NCBI GenBank assembly: GCA_016187035.1
Contig: JACPKL010000005.1
Location: forward strand, 199,150 to 263,149
Reading direction: 5' to 3'
Length of the DNA stretch: 64,000 nt
Source: Candidatus Daviesbacteria bacterium
Lineage (GTDB): Bacteria; Patescibacteriota; Microgenomatia; Daviesbacterales; UBA10151
Made by a program: the position numbers and the translations under genes. Shown in pieces: positions 28,762-35,476 of the stretch (position 1 is its first letter; the number at the start of each line of letters is the position of its first letter). Under the pieces are notes generated by a model. The model was given only the letters and a program-made list of their open reading frames with translations, was not told the DNA's origin and made no database searches.

Positions 28762-29412
28762 TTAAGGATTAGGCTGCGGATTTGAAGAATCTGGGGGATT
28801 AAAGTATCTAATCAGATTCTCAATATGCTGAGGTACAGGGGTGGCAGGGGATTTACCTTGAATTAAGGATAGAGCTTCATCCATACCTTGCACTAGAAGA
28901 GTAAGATCGAAAAATCCCTGCCTTAATCCTGTTAATGTTTCTGGATTAGTTGACGACGGATCACCTTCTAAACTCGCGATTCTATCTGCCAATCTATCTC
29001 CTGTTTGCGCATATAGTACGAGACGCCTTTGAGCTTGTTCTATTCCTTCCTGAGTTTGGACTGAGGCCATTGTTAAATCTCTGACGTATTTTCTTGCAAT
29101 GGTTCCTAAGGACGGTTCAGAATCCTCAGGATTTCCATTTATGGATCCATCTTCCATAGCTTTCCCAACCTGACCCAATCTATGAAGAGTATGAAACAGC
29201 ACGTTTCTAGTTGTAGTCCGTGTTCCTGTAAGAGATTTATCATCTACCGCAGATAATAAGCAGGCTACAAAAGTCAAAGTCGCAAGTGTCATTGCCTTTC
29301 TCTCAACTTGAGATAGATGGTCCATTCCAGGATTGTTAAGTGTTATATTTGCTTCTGATCCAGTGCTAGTATCTGTTACCTGTATTTTTCTTAGTCGATC
29401 TGGTGTTGACAT
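28762..29412 (-). CDS. Hypothetical protein (ORFan), antisense to the dcw operon
   Basis: 216 aa, no recognised motif, visibly more G+C-rich than its neighbours. Own sigma70-like promoter. Its stop lies 5 nt from the ftsI stop (convergent). Confidence 0.55.
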   Translation of the reverse strand: MSTPDRLRKIQVTDTSTGSEANITLNNPGMDHLSQVERKAMTLATLTFVACLLSAVDDKSLTGTRTTTRNVLFHTLHRLGQVGKAMEDGSINGNPEDSEPSLGTIARKYVRDLTMASVQTQEGIEQAQRRLVLYAQTGDRLADRIASLEGDPSSTNPETLTGLRQGFFDLTLLVQGMDEALSLIQGKSPATPVPQHIENLIRYFNPPDSSNPQPNP

Positions 29413-29425
29413 AAATTAGGTCAAT

Positions 29426-29454
29426 ATTCTACTAAGGGTTTTTATATTTGTCAA
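29426..29454 (-). promoter_or_regulatory. Sigma70-like promoter for the ORFan (TTGACA-17-TAGAAT on the minus strand)
   Basis: The minus strand reads TTGACAaatataaaaacccttagTAGAAT. The -10 ends 13 nt before the ATG at 29412. Lies immediately outside repeat copy A3. Confidence 0.45.
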
Positions 29455-29466
29455 GGTTTGTCGTTT

Positions 29467-29518
29467 GGGGACGGTCCTAGAATTTACAGTTATAACAATC
29501 TAAATAAGTCAAACTTTT
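29467..29518 (-). repeat. Family-A repeat copy A3 (inverted; overlaps the RAYT stop codon)
   Basis: The minus strand reads TTATTTAGATTGTTATAACTGTAAATTCTAGGACCGTCCCC. Confidence 0.8.
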
Positions 29519-30159
29519 CTTCTTCTCAAATATTTTCTTTTAGAAAGGGTATTAAATTTATTTGATCCAATAGTCGCTTCTTCCTTTTCAAATAATTCGT
29601 CTATTTCAGCAAAATCTTTAGAAATTCCATCATAAATAAATTTTTCATATTCCTTTCTTGAATTATGTGAATCCCCAATCAGTCTTACAATATCTCTATC
29701 TAGTATTTTGAAAGCCTCCATTCCTATTGCTTCCTTAAAACTACTGTATAAATAATCCCTTGGATCTGAAACTAGTCCTGCTTTCACTGGATTTAAATAG
29801 ATATATTGAGATAGTTTTAGAAAGTATGAATCATTCTCAATTAATATGCTTTTAAATCTATTTTGGAAAACTGGCCCAAAGTGTTGAAAAGTTTTATTAA
29901 AATACATTGAATAACTAGTTGTCAGCGAAGACATTATTTTGGATATTGGAATTTTCCTGGTTTGAATAGAGATATGAAAGTGATTAGGCATTAAACAGAA
30001 AGCATAGATAGAATGATCGTATTTATCTTTTAATTGTAGAAGCTTTCTTAGAAAAAAGTTATAATCAGCTTCAGAGAGAAAAATTGGTTGTTTATTAATC
30101 CCTCTGTTAAATACATGATAAAAAGCGTTTTGGAAAGTAAATCTTGGGCCTCTAGGCAT
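29509..30159 (-). CDS. REP-associated tyrosine transposase-like protein (RAYT / IS200-like Y1 HUH transposase)
   Basis: FYHVFNRG, an HUH triad in CLMPNHFHISI, and the catalytic-Tyr helix QYIYLNPVKAGL (PF01797-type). The track start at 30204 (TTG) was trimmed to the ATG at 30159 (MPRGPRF...). Confidence 0.85.
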   Translation of the reverse strand: MPRGPRFTFQNAFYHVFNRGINKQPIFLSEADYNFFLRKLLQLKDKYDHSIYAFCLMPNHFHISIQTRKIPISKIMSSLTTSYSMYFNKTFQHFGPVFQNRFKSILIENDSYFLKLSQYIYLNPVKAGLVSDPRDYLYSSFKEAIGMEAFKILDRDIVRLIGDSHNSRKEYEKFIYDGISKDFAEIDELFEKEEATIGSNKFNTLSKRKYLRRRKV

Positions 30160-30215
30160 TAATAAAACTATGTCATTTCTAGGTTGTTCTGTCAAGCTTA
30201 TCAAGGACCGTCCCC
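30153..30215 (+). repeat. Family-A repeat copy A4; left member of the 63-bp direct repeat framing murE
   Basis: TAGGCATTAATAAAACTATGTCATTTCTAGGTTGTTCTGTCAAGCTTATCAAGGACCGTCCCC. By manual alignment, 61/63 identical to 31372-31434. Confidence 0.9.
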
Positions 30216-31381
30216 TTCTTCAGAAGTTAAAAAACATTTTTTATCATTTGCCGCAGGCTTTTATAGCTAATATTTTATATGGGTTTCCGTCAAATGGTAT
30301 GACGATTGTTGGAGTAACTGGGACTGATGGAAAAACAACTACTACTAATTTGATTTATAAAATCCTTAAAGATTCAGGCAAAAAGGTCTCAATGATTTCT
30401 ACTATTAATGCTGTGATAGGGGGGAAAACCTATGACACCGGTTTTCATGTAACTAGTCCAGATCCTTTTACGTTGCAAAAATTTATTAGAAATGCAAAAA
30501 ATTCAGGGGATAATTACTTAGCTTTGGAAGTCACCTCACATGCTTTAGACCAATACAGATTCTGGGGGATTAATTTTACAGTTGGGGTAATCACCAATAT
30601 AACTCATGAACATTTAGATTACCATCAGACTTTTGAAAATTATTTTAAGACTAAATTAAAGCTTATTAAATATGCTAAGTGGAGGGTTGTTAATGAAAAT
30701 CTGAAGGGAGATTGGGGTGATAGGGGAAGTAAGGGTAATGGGGTAGTCACATTTGGTAGCAGTGGCCCCAAGCTTAATTTAAAACTAATAGGTGATTATA
30801 ATCTTGAAAATGCTTATGCCTCTTTGGCTGTAGCTAAGGTTTTAGGAATTGATGCAGAAAGCGCCCAAAGATCTGTGGAAGGGTTTACAGGTATTCCTGG
30901 AAGAATGGAAGAAGTAAAAAACAATAGGGGTATTAAAATATTTGTTGATTTTGCTCATACTCCGAATGCCTTAAAGCAAGCTCTTAAAGCTTTACGTCCC
31001 AAGGCATACGGAAGATTGATTGTTGTTTTTGGGGCTGCTTCAGAAAGAGATATTTTGAAACGTCCCATTATGGGAGAAATTGCTGCAAAAGAAGCTGATA
31101 TGACTATACTGACTGATGAAGATCCAAGGCACGAAGATAGAAATAAAATCTTAAATGAAATTGCCGGAGGAGCTATGATGGCGGGAGCAAAAGATGGGAT
31201 AAATCTATTTAAGGAACCGGATAGAGCTAAAGCTATTAAGTTGGCTATAACTTTAGCCAAAAAAGGAGATATAATAGGAATTTTTGGAAAAGGTCACGAA
31301 AAATCAATTAATTATAGGGGAGTGGAAACTCCGTGGTCAGATTTTGAGGCAGTAAAGAAAGCTTTAACTAATAGGCATTAA
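30170..31381 (+). CDS. murE: UDP-N-acetylmuramoyl-L-alanyl-D-glutamate--(2,6-diaminopimelate or L-lysine) ligase MurE (short form)
   Basis: GVTGTDGKTTTT P-loop, HEHLDYHQTFENYF and VDFAHTPNALKQAL. EDPR sits at the DNPR position. The ATG at 30170 lies inside repeat A4; an alternative ATG at 30299 sits just before the P-loop. Confidence 0.85.
   Translation: MSFLGCSVKLIKDRPLLQKLKNIFYHLPQAFIANILYGFPSNGMTIVGVTGTDGKTTTTNLIYKILKDSGKKVSMISTINAVIGGKTYDTGFHVTSPDPFTLQKFIRNAKNSGDNYLALEVTSHALDQYRFWGINFTVGVITNITHEHLDYHQTFENYFKTKLKLIKYAKWRVVNENLKGDWGDRGSKGNGVVTFGSSGPKLNLKLIGDYNLENAYASLAVAKVLGIDAESAQRSVEGFTGIPGRMEEVKNNRGIKIFVDFAHTPNALKQALKALRPKAYGRLIVVFGAASERDILKRPIMGEIAAKEADMTILTDEDPRHEDRNKILNEIAGGAMMAGAKDGINLFKEPDRAKAIKLAITLAKKGDIIGIFGKGHEKSINYRGVETPWSDFEAVKKALTNRH
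30706..30743 (+). repeat. In-CDS G-tract module, canonical G4 motif (GGGagattGGGGtgataGGGGaagtaaGGGtaatGGGG)
   Basis: Five G3-4 runs starting at 30706, 30714, 30723, 30733 and 30740. Encodes KGDWGDRGSKGNG in murE. Confidence 0.85.
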
Positions 31382-31434
31382 TGAAACTATGTCATTTCTA
31401 GATTGTTCTGTCAAGCTTATCAAGGACCGTCCCC
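31372..31434 (+). repeat. Family-A repeat copy A5; right member of the 63-bp direct repeat framing murE
   Basis: TAGGCATTAATGAAACTATGTCATTTCTAGATTGTTCTGTCAAGCTTATCAAGGACCGTCCCC. Contains the murE stop codon. Confidence 0.9.
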
Positions 31435-31475
31435 ATGGATTATGGATGGATCCATAGAACATGGAAAGGCTTTAG

Positions 31476-32060
31476 ATGGATAGCAAGTACAAATTAATAA
31501 TAGATTCTTTTGGAGTTGAAAGATTTAAATTTAATGAACCTTTAAAAAATTTTACAGTATTGCAAGTTGGAGGGCCAGCGGAACTTTTTTTTGTGGCTTT
31601 TACTATTTCGGAACTGGTTAAGATAATAAAAATGTGCAGGCAATTAAAGTTAAACTTTTTTTTATTTGGGACTGGTTCTAAATTCTGTATGTCTGACTTG
31701 GGTTATTCTGGGCTAGTAATTAAAAACAGAACCAAAAATATCCAGACAATCTCTATTAAAGGTAAGGTAACTAAATTTGGAATTGGGGTTGAAGAAGCAA
31801 TTATAGAGGTTGATTCAGGAGTTAGCATAAATAAGTTTTGTGAGTATCTTCAGTCTCAAAATTTAGAGCTAGATCTTCTTAAAGATATTCCGGGAAGCAT
31901 TGGCGGCAATCTTTTTTTAAATAGATTTTTGCAAACAAAGGTCAAAAGTATTAAAGTATTAGATCAAATGTCTGAAATTGAGGATGTTTCGGTTGGTGAT
32001 TTGAAACTAGGAAAGATGATAATTTTATCAGCAGTGTTTAGGATTAAAGCCAAAAGTTAA
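31476..32060 (+). CDS. murB: MurB-like protein, FAD-binding N-terminal portion only (truncated UDP-N-acetylenolpyruvoylglucosamine reductase)
   Basis: LKNFTVLQVGGPAELFF, FLFGTGSKF and IPGSIGGNLFLN align to the MurB FAD-binding domain. The ORF ends at 194 aa, with murA starting 3 nt later, so the C-terminal substrate-binding domain is absent. Confidence 0.6.
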   Translation: MDSKYKLIIDSFGVERFKFNEPLKNFTVLQVGGPAELFFVAFTISELVKIIKMCRQLKLNFFLFGTGSKFCMSDLGYSGLVIKNRTKNIQTISIKGKVTKFGIGVEEAIIEVDSGVSINKFCEYLQSQNLELDLLKDIPGSIGGNLFLNRFLQTKVKSIKVLDQMSEIEDVSVGDLKLGKMIILSAVFRIKAKS

Positions 32061-32062
32061 TC

Positions 32063-33331
32063 ATGCAATACATAATTAAAGGTGGTAATAAACTAGAAGG
32101 TAAAATCCATATATCTGGAAATAAAAATGCGGTTTTCCCCTGTGTGGCAGCTGCACTTTTAACTGATGAAGAAGTGGTATTAGAAAACATCTCTCAATTA
32201 AAAGATACTGAAGTATTAATTCAAATACTCAAAAAGTTAGGTGTGTCTATACAAAAGTCAGGGTCAAGATTAATTATTAAAGCATCCAGTATCCGTCACT
32301 ACACTCTTCCTGATAAATTAATGACAAAACTTCGTGGATCAATAGTTTTGGTAGGAAGTATTTTAAGCAGGGTAGGCAAAGCAGTTTTTTGGCACCCAGG
32401 AGGGGATATTATTGGAAGAAGAAGTATTGAAACTCATTTAGAGGGATTTAAGGCTTTGGGTGCCAGTATAAAAAGAAACAATTTGAAATATGTTGTTACC
32501 TTAGAAAAGAAAGATAGAAGTAAGATTTTTGATATCTTTTTTAAAGAGGCTTCAGTTACTGCAACAGAAAACTTAATTCTAGCATCAGTGTTAGGAAAAC
32601 AAAAAGTAATACTTAAAAATTGTGCTAAGGAGCCTCATGTTTTGGATTTATGCAGAATGCTTACCCAAATGGGGGCTCAAATTACAGGAATAGGAACAGA
32701 TAGATTGGAAATTAGTGGAGTTGATAAACTGTTTGGAACCAAATTTAGGATTGGAATAGACTTTATTGAAGTCGGTACTTATATGATAGCTGCTGTTATA
32801 ACGCAGGGAAAAATTACAATTGAAGGTATAGATGCTTCAGACTTAAGATCAATATTTATTCATTTAAAAGAATTTGGAATTCAGATAGAGCAAAAGAATG
32901 ATAGTATTATAGTTTGGGCAGATAGATTAAAATCTCCTGCTAAAATAACAACAAATATTTGGCCTGGTTTTCCCACAGACTTAATGAGTGTAGCTATGGT
33001 TTTAGCAACCCAATCCAAGGGGGTTATTTTATGTCATGATTGGATGTATGAATCAAGAATGTTTTTTGTAGATAAACTTATATCAATGGGTGCAAAAATA
33101 GTTTTAGCTGATCCTCACCGAGTGTTAGTATCGGGGCCCACCAAACTTAGGGGAAGATCTTTGGAAACTCCAGATATTAGAGCAGGAATGGCTTTGGTTT
33201 TGGCTGGATTAGTAGCGAAAGGTAAGAGTAAGATAAATCAGTCAGAGCTAATTGAAAGAGGATATGAAGATGTAGTTGGGAAGTTAAGAAGTTTAGGCGC
33301 AGAAATTGAAAGAATTGATGAGAAGAGGTAA
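32063..33331 (+). CDS. murA: UDP-N-acetylglucosamine 1-carboxyvinyltransferase MurA (Asp at the Cys115-equivalent position)
   Basis: GNKNAVFPCVAAALLT, LRGSIVLVGSILSRVG..PGGDIIGRRSIETH and PGFPTDLMS. Full-length, 422 aa. Confidence 0.92.
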   Translation: MQYIIKGGNKLEGKIHISGNKNAVFPCVAAALLTDEEVVLENISQLKDTEVLIQILKKLGVSIQKSGSRLIIKASSIRHYTLPDKLMTKLRGSIVLVGSILSRVGKAVFWHPGGDIIGRRSIETHLEGFKALGASIKRNNLKYVVTLEKKDRSKIFDIFFKEASVTATENLILASVLGKQKVILKNCAKEPHVLDLCRMLTQMGAQITGIGTDRLEISGVDKLFGTKFRIGIDFIEVGTYMIAAVITQGKITIEGIDASDLRSIFIHLKEFGIQIEQKNDSIIVWADRLKSPAKITTNIWPGFPTDLMSVAMVLATQSKGVILCHDWMYESRMFFVDKLISMGAKIVLADPHRVLVSGPTKLRGRSLETPDIRAGMALVLAGLVAKGKSKINQSELIERGYEDVVGKLRSLGAEIERIDEKR

Positions 33332-33338
33332 CGCGATA

Positions 33339-34451
33339 ATGGGTTTTTTGGCTAAGCAATATGCCAAATTATATCCAGCAAACTATTTTATTGGTATAAC
33401 TGGTTCAGTTGGTAAGACTGTATGTGTGCAGTCTGCAAAAACAATTTTATCTCAGAAATTCCAGATTTTGTCTACGGAATTTGATTTAAATTCAGATTTA
33501 GATATTCCAAAAACTATTTTAAAATTAAACCCTACACTTAAAAAAGTAATTTTGGAAATGGGTATTGAAAATAAAGGAGAGATGGATTTTTATCTTTCTC
33601 TTATCCACCCCAAAACTGTTGTTTTTACTAAAATTGCATACGACCATAGTGAAAGCCTAGGAGAATTAGATGATATTATTATGGAAAAAGGGAAGCTGAT
33701 TAAACAGCTGGATGAGAAAGGTTTAGCAATTCTTAATTTTGATGATTCAAGTTGCAAAAAATTAGCAAAAGATTGTAAAGGTTCTGTACTTTATTACGGA
33801 ACTGACCCAAATAATTGCTCTATTTGGGCAGGGAATATTCAAATAGAAGATTTTAAGACAACTTTTGAATTAAATTTAGGGGTTGAAAGAGTGAAAGTTA
33901 ACTTTCCATATTGTGGTTTGCATTTAGTTTATCCTGCTATGGCAGCAGCTGCTTTAGGAGTAATAAATAATATACCATTGACAAAAATTAAGCTAGCTTT
34001 AGAAGCTGTCAAACCTTTAGAACACTTAATGCAGGTGGTAGCTGGACCTAATGGTTCTGTTGTATTGGATGATACTATCAATTCTTCATCAGTTGCTTTA
34101 GATTCAGCAATAGATACTTTACAGCAAATTAATGCTAGAAGAAGAGTATTGGTGTTGGGGGAAATGAGGAATTTAGGGAAATACTCAGATACTATACATC
34201 GTCAAATTGCTCAAAAGATTTTTAAAGAGAAAATAGATTTTGTATTTCTAGGACAGGGAAATACAGAAATTATAGCCGCTGAATTAAAGAGTTTAGGTTT
34301 TTGGGAAGAGAGAGTAGAAAATAACTTACAAAATTCACAAATTGTGTCAAGACTTTTAAATTTGCTTAGAAAAGGCGATTTAGTTTTAATAAAAGGCGCT
34401 TATTCTGCTAGATTAGATGAAATAGTGAAAAGAATTTCTAAGAAAACTTAA
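33339..34451 (+). CDS. murF: Mur ligase, most likely MurF (UDP-MurNAc-tripeptide--D-Ala-D-Ala ligase), short form
   Basis: IGITGSVGKTVCV P-loop, LEMGIENKGEMDF and VFTKIAYDHSESLG. Position before mraY. The ATG at 33339 has GAGGT upstream; the track start at 33306 overlaps murA. Confidence 0.7.
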   Translation: MGFLAKQYAKLYPANYFIGITGSVGKTVCVQSAKTILSQKFQILSTEFDLNSDLDIPKTILKLNPTLKKVILEMGIENKGEMDFYLSLIHPKTVVFTKIAYDHSESLGELDDIIMEKGKLIKQLDEKGLAILNFDDSSCKKLAKDCKGSVLYYGTDPNNCSIWAGNIQIEDFKTTFELNLGVERVKVNFPYCGLHLVYPAMAAAALGVINNIPLTKIKLALEAVKPLEHLMQVVAGPNGSVVLDDTINSSSVALDSAIDTLQQINARRRVLVLGEMRNLGKYSDTIHRQIAQKIFKEKIDFVFLGQGNTEIIAAELKSLGFWEERVENNLQNSQIVSRLLNLLRKGDLVLIKGAYSARLDEIVKRISKKT

Positions 34452-34468
34452 GAGAGGAGTTTGTAAGA

Positions 34469-35476
34469 ATGGGTCAATTATTAGGATTAGTATTATTATC
34501 ATTTGCTATTACTTCTGTTTTTATGGTGCCCTTTATTGACTTTTTATTTCATTTAAAACGTAGATTTGAAAAAACTCCCACTAGCATAAAAAGATCTGAG
34601 ACTCCCATACATGATAAGTTGATGAAGTCGGATATAGGAACACCGTCTGGAGGGGGGATTCTAATAATATTAATTTTAGTTTTCCTGACTGTAGGATATG
34701 GATTTTTTAGTTCGTTTGTCGATAAAGTCAGTTTAAAAATTATTTTATTTACTCTAATTTCATTTGGGCTTTTAGGATTAATCGATGATATTAAATTAAT
34801 TCAAACTAAACGAGTTGGAAAATTTTTAGGACTTGGTAGAAAAAAAATGCTTTTAATACAGTCTCTTTTATCTGTTTCAATAGGAGGAATGCTATATTTT
34901 TTAGCTGGAATAAATAATATCTATATATTAGGGTTAGGGAATTTTGTTATAGGAGGATGGTATATTATTTTAGCTTCATTTGTAATAATTTCTTTTGCCA
35001 ATGCATATAATATATCGGATGGTTTAGATGGTCTTTCTGCAGGACTTTTACTGATTTGTTTATTTGCTTTCTTAGCACTTGCATCAACTTCTTTAGATTT
35101 AACACTTGCATCATTCATTGGTATTTGGATAGGTAGTTTATTTTCTTTTCTTTATTTCAATATTTGGCCAGCAAGGATTTTTTTAGGAGACGCAGGATCT
35201 TTAGCTTTTGGTGCAACTTTAGCCGTAGTTGGGCTTTTAACCGGAAAAGTATTAGCTGTGGCAATTATTGGAGGAATGTTTGTTGTGATAGTCTTTTCTT
35301 CTTTGCTGCAAATTATTTCTAAAAAAATATTTGGAAGAAAGATATTACCAGTATCTCCAATACACATGTGTTTTAAATATATTGGTTGGGAGGAACCAAA
35401 AATAGTAACAAGATTTTGGTTAGCACAAGGGTTATTTGCAATTTTAGGGCTTTGGTTAGCTTTCCTTTCAAGATGA
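34469..35476 (+). CDS. mraY: Phospho-N-acetylmuramoyl-pentapeptide transferase MraY
   Basis: NAYNISDGLDGLSAG and GDAGSLAFGATLA motifs. Ten-TM profile. Confidence 0.93.
   Translation: MGQLLGLVLLSFAITSVFMVPFIDFLFHLKRRFEKTPTSIKRSETPIHDKLMKSDIGTPSGGGILIILILVFLTVGYGFFSSFVDKVSLKIILFTLISFGLLGLIDDIKLIQTKRVGKFLGLGRKKMLLIQSLLSVSIGGMLYFLAGINNIYILGLGNFVIGGWYIILASFVIISFANAYNISDGLDGLSAGLLLICLFAFLALASTSLDLTLASFIGIWIGSLFSFLYFNIWPARIFLGDAGSLAFGATLAVVGLLTGKVLAVAIIGGMFVVIVFSSLLQIISKKIFGRKILPVSPIHMCFKYIGWEEPKIVTRFWLAQGLFAILGLWLAFLSR

Larger units (their letters stand above)
29467..30215 (-). mobile_element. RAYT gene bounded by inverted ~50-bp family-A repeats (GGGGACGGTCCT ... AGGACCGTCCCC)
   Basis: Family-A copies at 29467-29518 (minus orientation) and 30164-30215 (plus orientation) bracket the transposase exactly. 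Confidence 0.6.

Noticed and set aside
31435-31480. Five ATGGA pentamers and the palindrome ATGGATCCAT (31446-55) between repeat A5 and the murB start, as further MraZ-like boxes.
   Set aside because: The spacing is irregular (7, 4, 15, 15 nt), unlike the strict 10-bp phasing upstream of mraZ. The motif is short and AT-rich enough to recur by chance.
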